Shown here piece by piece: positions 10,223 to 17,301 of a stretch of DNA of 64,000 bases (its first letter is position 1; each line of letters opens with the position of its first letter). The notes below the pieces were generated by a model. The model was given only the letters and a program-made list of their open reading frames with translations, was not told where the DNA came from and ran no database searches. The translations under genes and the position numbers were made by a program. This DNA is from Elusimicrobiota bacterium (lineage in GTDB: Bacteria; Elusimicrobiota; Endomicrobiia; Endomicrobiales; JAPLKN01), in contig JBHPNE010000003.1 of assembly GCA_042562855.1 (NCBI GenBank), forward strand, positions 6,366-70,365. The letters are read 5' to 3'.

Positions 10223-10251
10223 TTGACAATACTTTAGAATATTGTTATATA
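10223..10251 (+). promoter_or_regulatory. sigma70-like promoter TTGACA-N17-TATATA for the ArsR-type gene
   Basis: -35 at 10223-10228 and -10 at 10246-10251. The sequence CTTAATTcTTGACAAT is shared 16/17 with 21247-21262. Confidence 0.55.
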
Positions 10252-10267
10252 CATATCATGCAGAGGT

Positions 10268-10291
10268 GTGCATATGCGCAGATATGCATAT
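10268..10291. promoter_or_regulatory. operator-like duplicated self-palindromic TGCATATG boxes
   Basis: gTGCATATGcgcagaTATGCATATGt sits just downstream of the predicted -10, inside the leader of the ArsR-type gene. Confidence 0.35.
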
Positions 10292-10348
10292 GTCAAGAGT
10301 TTTAAAACAAGAAAGCATTGATTCGGCATTCTGTTCGGAGATAAGGTT

Positions 10349-10633
10349 ATGGAAGATCAGGTAAAGGTAATAAAAACATTGTCTGAAAAAAACAGGTTCG
10401 CGGTATTTTCATTCCTTTTAGAACGCAAAAAGGAATACTGTGTGCTTGATATTGCTAAGGAAACAAACCTTAAACAGTACAATGTTTCCAGGTATTTAAA
10501 AGAGTTAAAAAATGCTGACCTGGTTACCGAAAAACGGAAAGGGCAGTTTGTTTATTATAAGGTAAACAAAGCCAAAAGCGCTTATGCTCAGAATTTAATG
10601 AATTGTCTAAAAGATATGAAAAAGACAGGTTAA
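10349..10633 (+). CDS. ArsR/SmtB-family winged-helix transcriptional regulator
   Basis: 94 aa. The pattern RFAVFSFLL...EYCVLDIAKETNLKQYNVSRYLKELKNADLVTEKRKGQFVYYKV matches the ArsR HTH plus wing. Only one Cys, so no obvious metal site. Confidence 0.8.
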   Translation: MEDQVKVIKTLSEKNRFAVFSFLLERKKEYCVLDIAKETNLKQYNVSRYLKELKNADLVTEKRKGQFVYYKVNKAKSAYAQNLMNCLKDMKKTG

Positions 10634-10702
10634 CGAAAGAAAAGGCAAAAGAGACCAAAAATATAGATTTTTGAATAGGTTTTTAAAATTGAATAATAGG
10701 CC

Positions 10703-10731
10703 TTGGCAAATCGGGGGGTGTAGACTATAAT
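10703..10731 (+). promoter_or_regulatory. sigma70-like promoter TTGGCA-N17-TATAAT for the first fibre operon
   Basis: -35 at 10703-10708 and a perfect -10 TATAAT at 10726-10731. A second weaker candidate, TTGACT-N17-TACAAA, lies at 10751-10779. Confidence 0.45.
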
Positions 10732-10884
10732 ACGCGTTGTAGCAAGAAAATTGACTCAAAAATGTTAAACTTTTACAAAAAATTTTGAAGTCTTATGCAG
10801 TTTTTTCAACTGCGGGTTGTATAAAGAACCCACAGTGTGATTTTTTTGAGTTATACATACGGAAAGATCAAGGAGACTACAAAT

Positions 10885-11088
10885 ATGCTAAAAGAGTTTC
10901 GTTTGCCAGAGGATTATGAATACCAGAAGGACTTGATTGAGCAGGCCACTCTCGATAATCCCCTGTACATATCAAGGAAATCCTTGCCAATAGTTTTGAC
11001 ATTGTCGTACGAAGTCAAGATCGTTCCCATGGAAGGGGGCGATCTTTTTTTAATATATATGGATTGTTACAATTCACTGGAAAGTTAA
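10885..11088 (+). CDS. small hypothetical protein (67 aa), first gene of the fibre operon
   Basis: ATG is 9 nt after AAGGAG (10870-10875). The ORF-track start at 10837 (GTG) lacks an RBS. No signal peptide and no recognisable family. Confidence 0.5.
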   Translation: MLKEFRLPEDYEYQKDLIEQATLDNPLYISRKSLPIVLTLSYEVKIVPMEGGDLFLIYMDCYNSLES

Positions 11089-11121
11089 AGAAGCAAAAAT
11101 AAAAAAAAGGAGGACAAGGCA

Positions 11122-12360
11122 ATGGGCACAAAAGTTTTTTCAAAGTTGCTTGTAGTTGTCATGCTCATTTCCGTTCCGCTGACTTTGGCCTATGCGGGAC
11201 TGAAAACTGACAACTTCGAAGCAACGTACGGCGTAGTGGCAGGTACCGGTACTTTTAGTAGCGGCATATCTGCTAGCACAATTTCGGTAACGTCCCAGAC
11301 AGGTTTCAGACTGGGTGTTTCGACGACAGCAGGATATGTTCTAACCACAGATGCAAACGGTGTGGGTACATGGCAGCCATCGGTAGCAGGAGTTTCAGAT
11401 CATGATGCTCTCACATCAACTGGGACATTAACACATCTTGAGCTTGAAGCCCAAATTACTGCTCTCGATGCATCCACAATCACGTTGAGGACCGATGTAA
11501 ATACCCTCGATGCGTCCACGCAAACGCTGAGTACGGCTGTAAGTAACAGGTTGCTAAATACCAGCGATACGTTGACGGGAACATTAACCGTAACGGCCGG
11601 TGTTGCAGCATCTACCGGTGTATTTAGCGGAACTTTAGACGCAGACACGCTTAATACCGGAAATGGCGATTATGAGCTTTTTGCTATGAATCAGGATGTA
11701 GAGACGACTGATGATGTGACGTTCAGCTCACTATCGGTTACCAACCTCGGTGGTTTCAGAATAGGAGTATCCACGACAGCTGGATATGTTCTAACCACAG
11801 ATGCAAACGGTGTGGGTACATGGCAGCCATCGGTAGCAGGAGTTTCAGATCATGATGCTCTCACATCAACTGGGACATTAACACATCTTGAGCTTGAAGC
11901 CCAAATTACTGCTCTCGATGCGTCCACAATCACGTTGAGGACCGATGTAAATACCCTCGATGCGTCCACGCAAACGCTGAGTACGGCTGTAAGTAACAGG
12001 TTGCTAAATACTAGCGATACGTTGACGGGAACATTAACCGTAACGGCTGGTGTTGCAGCATCTACCGGTGTATTTAGCGGAACTTTAGACGCAGACACGC
12101 TTAATACCGGAAACGGCGATTACGAACTTTTCGCCATGGATCAGGATGTTCAGACGACTGATGATGTAACATTCAGCTCAGCCACAATTACCAATACTCT
12201 TACAGCAAGCGGCGATCTAGCACTTTCTGCTACATCCACTGTTTTATACGGACCGGATGATACAGACGGCAGCTGGAAAACCGTAAGGGTCGGCAACGAT
12301 CTCGTAACATATCGTTACGATACCGATACTTGGGTAGAAAAATACAGGGTTATTCCGTAA
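11122..12360 (+). CDS. secreted fibre-like protein with an internal 150-aa tandem duplication
   Basis: 412 aa with AGGAGG RBS and signal peptide ...LTLAYA. Thr/Ala/Gly/Asp-rich, with two copies of FR.GVSTTAGYVLTTDANGVGTWQPSVAGVSDHDALT... Confidence 0.85.
   Translation: MGTKVFSKLLVVVMLISVPLTLAYAGLKTDNFEATYGVVAGTGTFSSGISASTISVTSQTGFRLGVSTTAGYVLTTDANGVGTWQPSVAGVSDHDALTSTGTLTHLELEAQITALDASTITLRTDVNTLDASTQTLSTAVSNRLLNTSDTLTGTLTVTAGVAASTGVFSGTLDADTLNTGNGDYELFAMNQDVETTDDVTFSSLSVTNLGGFRIGVSTTAGYVLTTDANGVGTWQPSVAGVSDHDALTSTGTLTHLELEAQITALDASTITLRTDVNTLDASTQTLSTAVSNRLLNTSDTLTGTLTVTAGVAASTGVFSGTLDADTLNTGNGDYELFAMDQDVQTTDDVTFSSATITNTLTASGDLALSATSTVLYGPDDTDGSWKTVRVGNDLVTYRYDTDTWVEKYRVIP
11302..12201 (+). 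repeat. 2 x 450-bp in-frame tandem duplication
   Basis: 11302-11751 versus 11752-12201. The core 11332-11663 versus 11782-12113 differs at only 3 positions (11472, 11562, 11598), all third-codon and synonymous. The edges are clearly more diverged. Confidence 0.97.
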
Positions 12361-12421
12361 ACGTAATTTCGCCGGGATTATTTCATTGTTTATCGTGAAA
12401 AATCCCGCAGAGGTGAAAGAA

Positions 12422-13024
12422 ATGTCTAGGATAAAAGGAAACTTAATAAACGAAAGATTCTTAAAAGTTCTTGCCAGTGGTGCAGGTTTTGCATTCGGCA
12501 GGAAACGTTTATTGTCTTATTCCATTTTATTCTTATTTACAGGAGTTTCTTTTGCTCTGATAATCGGCGGAGGATACATAGTTGAATTCGCAAGACTTGT
12601 TGGCAGCGGCGGCCAAAGGTTGGCCAGCTCCAATTACGTTTTAAACGGAGCGGGTATAGAGAGTATAGGAGGTTTATCAATGGCGGGCGGAGTGTACTCA
12701 ATAGATACCAGCCAATCAACAGGCGTTGCCAAACTAGAGGCGGATTTAACAATTGCCCATTGCTATCCGAATCCATACAAGCCTAACTCAGGGTTAGGCC
12801 ATAACAAAATAACGTTTTCGCATACCACAGCGTATACGAAACTTATGGTGTTTAATATAGCAGGAGAACTGGTTTACAGTACAGAAGCCGATACGCCTAC
12901 AGGCGAACTTGAATGGAATGTGCGAAATAATGCAGGCGAAAAAGTTGCCTCAGGCGTATATCTGTATCTGTTAACCGATAATGAAGGACACAAGAAAGTA
13001 GGCAAGTTTGCGATTTTGAGGTAA
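12422..13024 (+). CDS. membrane-anchored mini-protein ending in a T9SS-type / FlgD-Ig-like C-terminal domain
   Basis: ATG follows GAGGTGA (the ORF-track TTG at 12386 is less likely). Has a basic N-region plus one hydrophobic helix. C-terminus: YPNPYKP...ITF...LMVFNIAGELVYS...WNVRNNAGEKVASGVYLYLLTDNEGHKKVGKFAILR. Confidence 0.75.
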   Translation: MSRIKGNLINERFLKVLASGAGFAFGRKRLLSYSILFLFTGVSFALIIGGGYIVEFARLVGSGGQRLASSNYVLNGAGIESIGGLSMAGGVYSIDTSQSTGVAKLEADLTIAHCYPNPYKPNSGLGHNKITFSHTTAYTKLMVFNIAGELVYSTEADTPTGELEWNVRNNAGEKVASGVYLYLLTDNEGHKKVGKFAILR

Positions 13025-13042
13025 ATCCTAAACGGAGGAGAA

Positions 13043-14173
13043 GTGCAAAGGCTTGGTTGGTTATCATTACTCTTAATATCAGTCTTTTTTGCAAGCGTCC
13101 TTTATGCGGCGGCTCCTACAAGCTTCCGTTATCAGGGCACCTTGAAAGAGAATGAAAAAGTGGTAGATGGTACAAAAACCATGCGTTTCCGTTTTACCAA
13201 TTCTGACGGTTCAACACAGTATTGGACCAGCGGGAATGTTGCCGTTACAGTTACGGGCGGTGTTTTCAGTACTGAACTTACTCCGTCGGTAGACTGGAAC
13301 AATATCCCCGGAGGAGGCTATTATCTGGAAATATCCGTTGAGGGAGAGGTTCTTCTTCCGAGAGAAAAAGTTTTATCAAACATTTATTCGCTTCATGCAA
13401 GAAATATAGATGACGGTATTGTAACACAGGCAAAATTAGACACTGGTGTAGCTGCTCAGTTGAATCTTGGTACTCATATTGCGACCACCACTCTTAATAT
13501 GTCTAACCAGCAAATATCAAATGTCGGAGCCTTCCATTATCCTGTTGGGCATACTGCCGGAGATGTTTTGACCGTAGATGCCGCAGGTAATGCTTCCTGG
13601 GGTAACCCGGGAGTTGTAGCTGGTACAGGTGATAGTTTGGGAAGTCATATTGCAACAATGACTCTTAATATGGCAAATTTTGCCATAATAAATTCAAGCG
13701 GTTTCCAGATGACTACCGGTGCATCTTCAGGCTATGTTTTAACTTCAGACGGCGCAGGTTATGCAAGCTGGGCTGCTCCAACAGGCGACAGCTTGGGTAC
13801 ACATGTAGCAACTCAAACATTAAATATGTCGGGTTTTGGAATTTCCAATGCTGCAAGTTTCCAGATGACAACAGGTGCATCTGCAGGCTACATTTTAAGT
13901 TCTGATGGTTCAGGTAATGCAGCTTGGATTTCTACATCAACATTTGCCGGAGACAATTTCGGAAATCATGTAGCTACTACAACAGTAAACATGAGTAACA
14001 ATGACATAATCAATGTAAAGGATGTTAAATCCAGCACAACATCAGTTTTTTATTTAGGTGATGAAAACACCGACGGAACATGGAGATTTCAGGTGGACGG
14101 TAATGGAGATTTAATATTTGAAAAGAGAATTGGCGGATCCTATGTGACACAAACCACGATAGACGCGCCCTAA
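13043..14173 (+). CDS. secreted fibre-like protein with ~50-aa repeats
   Basis: 376 aa with a GTG start behind GGAGGAG and a signal peptide. N-domain: FRYQGTLKENEKVVDGTKTMRFRF...YLEISVEGEVLLPREKV. Then four units of G(D)sLG.H.AT.TLNMs...I.N...F.MTTGAS.GY.L.SDG.G.A.W. Confidence 0.85.
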   Translation: MQRLGWLSLLLISVFFASVLYAAAPTSFRYQGTLKENEKVVDGTKTMRFRFTNSDGSTQYWTSGNVAVTVTGGVFSTELTPSVDWNNIPGGGYYLEISVEGEVLLPREKVLSNIYSLHARNIDDGIVTQAKLDTGVAAQLNLGTHIATTTLNMSNQQISNVGAFHYPVGHTAGDVLTVDAAGNASWGNPGVVAGTGDSLGSHIATMTLNMANFAIINSSGFQMTTGASSGYVLTSDGAGYASWAAPTGDSLGTHVATQTLNMSGFGISNAASFQMTTGASAGYILSSDGSGNAAWISTSTFAGDNFGNHVATTTVNMSNNDIINVKDVKSSTTSVFYLGDENTDGTWRFQVDGNGDLIFEKRIGGSYVTQTTIDAP

Positions 14174-14218
14174 ATCTAAGGAAAATAATTTCATAAAAAT
14201 ATATACGGATAAAAATAA

Positions 14219-14989
14219 ATGAAATTTTACATTAAATCAATTCTTTACTTTTCCATATTATTTATAACTGGTTTAGCAAATGCAGGTTTTGTTTCAGACA
14301 GGGTTGGAGTAGGTATCGTAAATCCAAATGATCTGGAAGTAGCAGGCAGAATCACAGTGTCTTCTTTTACAATGACAACCGGGGCTTCCAGCGGTTATGT
14401 ACTCAGGAATAGTGTTGGTGGAAACGCATATTGGTGTGCCTGCGTGGCTATTAGTTCAACAAATACTTGGTCAGGGGGTAATACCTATTTGGGTGCTTCA
14501 ACGATGACGGCCTTGACTCTCGATACAATAAATCACAAATCGGCATTGATAACTATAGCAAACGACAGCAACGACTTTGTAACATCCGGGACAGGAAATA
14601 TTGGTATCTCTACGGGAGTTCCGCAGGCAAAACTTGATGTTAACGGAGCTGTTTTAAGCAACCAAACTATACTTTCAAATACAGACGGTGGTGCAACTTT
14701 AGATTTTACCGGGATCAACAGCTACATTTATTATTATAATGCAAACGGGGCGTCATCGCCAACCAATGTAACAGCAATTACCGGAGGGGAAGCAGGGCAA
14801 ATGGTTACATTTTTTTATTACAGAACTGCTAGTCCCACAAATAGAAATCTGACAATAGTGAACAAGGCAGGAGCTAATGGGATTGTAACCGGCACAAACG
14901 GTAATATAACATTAACTGCAAACGATGGAGGTTGCCTAATTCTATGTTTTAACGGCACATATTGGTATATTGTTAACGCTCAGCTTTAA
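14219..14989 (+). CDS. secreted fibre paralog, shared N-module plus tip type A
   Basis: 256 aa. Signal peptide ...GLANA is followed by GFVSDRVGVGIVNPNDLEVAGR...SSFTMTTGASSGYVL...STNTWSGGNTY...GNIGISTGVPQAKLDVNGA. Ends FNGTYWYIVNAQL. Confidence 0.85.
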   Translation: MKFYIKSILYFSILFITGLANAGFVSDRVGVGIVNPNDLEVAGRITVSSFTMTTGASSGYVLRNSVGGNAYWCACVAISSTNTWSGGNTYLGASTMTALTLDTINHKSALITIANDSNDFVTSGTGNIGISTGVPQAKLDVNGAVLSNQTILSNTDGGATLDFTGINSYIYYYNANGASSPTNVTAITGGEAGQMVTFFYYRTASPTNRNLTIVNKAGANGIVTGTNGNITLTANDGGCLILCFNGTYWYIVNAQL

Positions 14990-15003
14990 AATTAGGAGAT
15001 ATA

Positions 15004-15750
15004 ATGATTAAAAAAATACTGTTTATCCCATTTTTGTTCTTATTTGCTTCGCCTCTTATCGGAGGAGTTGTTTCAGATAGGGTAGGCGTTGGCAATGTTT
15101 CTAATCCGACGGATCTTGAAGTAAGCGGAAGGGTTACGGCATCCTCTTTTACAATGACTACAAACGCCGTAGATGGATATATTATTATTTCAGATGCGGA
15201 TGGAAACGGAACCTGGCAGGTACCATATGGATTTGCACTGCTTGCTTCAACAAACACTTGGACAGGGGGAAACACCTGGTTACTACCTTCAACAATGACG
15301 ACTTTAGCAGTGGATACAATCAGTCACAACTCAAAGTTGATAACAATAGCAAATGACGGAAATGACGTGGTAACCTCCGGAACCGGCAATGTCGGTATCG
15401 GCACAATAACGCCTCAGAAAAAACTTGATGTGGAAGGGGCCATAGTAAGTAAACAAAATACAGCAACACTGAATGGTACAGCAACTACAATAGATGTTGC
15501 AGATTGCAACAGCGTTAGCTTAACAGTGAATTCCAGCACAAATTTAAACGGATTCACAAATGGTGTAGCTGGCCAAACCGTTTGCATATTTAATACTTCC
15601 ACCACGAATAATGTGGTTTTGGTCAACCAAAACGCTACAGGTACAGGCATTACAACAGGCACAGGTGGAAATGTTACCGTTACTGCTGAGGGTGGAGCGG
15701 TCTTCACTTTTGATGGTACCTATTGGTATATGGTTGGTTTGCAGCAGTAA
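15004..15750 (+). CDS. secreted fibre paralog, shared N-module plus tip type A
   Basis: 248 aa with AGGAG RBS. Same module order as the 14219 gene and ends FDGTYWYMVGLQQ. Confidence 0.85.
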   Translation: MIKKILFIPFLFLFASPLIGGVVSDRVGVGNVSNPTDLEVSGRVTASSFTMTTNAVDGYIIISDADGNGTWQVPYGFALLASTNTWTGGNTWLLPSTMTTLAVDTISHNSKLITIANDGNDVVTSGTGNVGIGTITPQKKLDVEGAIVSKQNTATLNGTATTIDVADCNSVSLTVNSSTNLNGFTNGVAGQTVCIFNTSTTNNVVLVNQNATGTGITTGTGGNVTVTAEGGAVFTFDGTYWYMVGLQQ

Positions 15751-15779
15751 TTTAGAGTTTTGAAAATGGCATTAATAAA

Positions 15780-17084
15780 ATGAAAAAATTCAAAGTATTC
15801 ATTTTAACAATTTTTTTTTTAAGTATTAATTCTTCCCTCTTTGCCTATGCGGGAAGCACCGCGGCATCTTTCCTTAAAATCGGCACTGGAGCAAGAAACC
15901 TTTCGATGGCAGGCGTGGGCGCAGTAAGCAGAGACGTTAATGCCATATACTACAATCCTTCAGGTCTTTGCTTTGTGGAAGAACAGCAGTTTACATTCAT
16001 GCATCTTAAGTGGTTTCAGGATATAAACTATCAAAACCTTTCCTATGCCGCATGCCCTATTGGTGAACATCATTTCGGAGCATCCATCAATTACCTTTCC
16101 ATGGACGAAATAGAAAAATACGATGTCAACGATAATCCTTTGGGAAGCACCTACAGTCCGTTTGATTTCTCCGCTACGTTTGCTTATGCCACGCCCTTGC
16201 GCGAAGATTTCTTCGTCGGAGCAAATTTGAAATTCATCAGTTCTCAGATTGATGATACCAATGCCTGGACAATAAGCGAAGATCTAGGAGCAACATATAC
16301 GGGATTTGAAAAATTCACTCTTGGTGCATCAATACAAAATATCGGAGGCAGTTTAAAATATGTGGCGGAGGAGGAGAAGCTCCCCTTAAATTTAAAAGTC
16401 GGCGCTGAATATGTATGGGAATATAACGACAAAATAAAGCCTAAATTTTATATGGATATTAATCAGAGCACGGAACTGGACCCATACATAAATGTTGCAG
16501 GAGAGATGGATTTCAAACCCTCAGACAATGACAAAATGTCTTATTCGTTAAGGTTAGGTTACAGAACAAGGGACAGATACTCAAGCGGCGTGGGTTTTTC
16601 CGCAGGTGCTGGAATAGTTTTTGATAATATGGGCCTGGATTTTGCATGGGCTCCTTACGGTGAGCTGGGAGAAACTTACGGAGTATCCCTAAACTTTAAG
16701 CTGGGGGTATGTAAAGACAAACCGAAAAAGAAAGAGCGTCCGAGAGAAGAAGTTCTGGAAAAAAAGAAGGAAAAAAAGGAAAAAACCAAACCGGCGTCCG
16801 TTGTTTCCCTCAATTTGTCGGGCAAAGCTGAAACAGCCAGCTCTATACGCTGGAAATGGAATAAAATCTCAAGTGCCTCCGGATACCGTATTTACGATGG
16901 CAAAACGGACAAATTGCTTGCAGAATTTTCAGATAATAAGACTTCCTGGCTTGAGTTAAAGCTAGAACCTGAAATGGAATACAGCCGCTACATAAAAGCA
17001 TATTATGCCCAAGGCACAGCAAGAGAAAAATCCTCAAAGAAAATATCGGTCAAAACATCCGTCAAAAAATGGAAGTTCTTCTAA
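15780..17084 (+). CDS. PorV/PorQ-like outer-membrane beta-barrel fused to a Lys/Glu linker and an FN3-like domain
   Basis: 434 aa. After the signal peptide comes GSTAASFLKIGTGARNLSMAGVGAVSRDVNAIYYNPSGL, the hallmark PorV/UPF0164-type N-terminus. An alternating barrel-like body follows. The KE-rich linker is at ~16710-16790. The C-terminal SIRWKWNKISSASGYRIYDG...LEPEMEYSRYIKAYY is FN3-like. Confidence 0.7.
   Translation: MKKFKVFILTIFFLSINSSLFAYAGSTAASFLKIGTGARNLSMAGVGAVSRDVNAIYYNPSGLCFVEEQQFTFMHLKWFQDINYQNLSYAACPIGEHHFGASINYLSMDEIEKYDVNDNPLGSTYSPFDFSATFAYATPLREDFFVGANLKFISSQIDDTNAWTISEDLGATYTGFEKFTLGASIQNIGGSLKYVAEEEKLPLNLKVGAEYVWEYNDKIKPKFYMDINQSTELDPYINVAGEMDFKPSDNDKMSYSLRLGYRTRDRYSSGVGFSAGAGIVFDNMGLDFAWAPYGELGETYGVSLNFKLGVCKDKPKKKERPREEVLEKKKEKKEKTKPASVVSLNLSGKAETASSIRWKWNKISSASGYRIYDGKTDKLLAEFSDNKTSWLELKLEPEMEYSRYIKAYYAQGTAREKSSKKISVKTSVKKWKFF
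15811..15820 (+). repeat. T10 homopolymer inside the signal-peptide codons of the PorV-like gene
   Basis: Ten consecutive T read directly (codons ATT TTT TTT TTA). Confidence 0.95.
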
Positions 17085-17218
17085 AAAATTCCGTCTCACC
17101 GAAGACTAAAAAACCTCAAAAAAAACACAACTTCTATTGCGATTTTAATAGGTAGATAGCGATTATACCTGTTTATTTTTAAAAAATGGGACACGATATT
17201 CTTTTTTTAAAAAACAGC

Positions 17219-17247
17219 TTGAAAAACAGGTTAAAATATTATAGTAT
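17219..17247 (+). promoter_or_regulatory. candidate promoter TTGAAA-N17-TAGTAT of the large regulator gene, overlapped by AAACAGGT half-sites
   Basis: -35 at 17219-17224 and -10 at 17242-17247. AAACAGGT occurs at 17224-17231 (spacer) and 17249-17256 (around the expected start site). TATACCTGTTT is at 17164-17174. Confidence 0.4.
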
Positions 17248-17301
17248 CAAACAGGTCAGATATTAAACTGTTTTGCAAAAATGGGTATTTGGGGATAAAT
17301 T

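Noticed and set aside
11400-12098. Two identical 82-aa antisense ORFs (11400-11648 and 11850-12098, minus strand).
   Set aside because: They are exactly 450 bp apart and simply mirror the tandem duplication inside the sense-strand fibre gene. They have no RBS and are shadow ORFs of a Thr/Ala/Val-rich frame.
12422-17084. Calling the locus a type IX secretion system.
   Set aside because: Only a PorV-like barrel and one CTD-like domain are present. No PorK/L/M/N, SprA/Sov, PorU or PorZ candidates are in this window, so only a T9SS-like element can be claimed.
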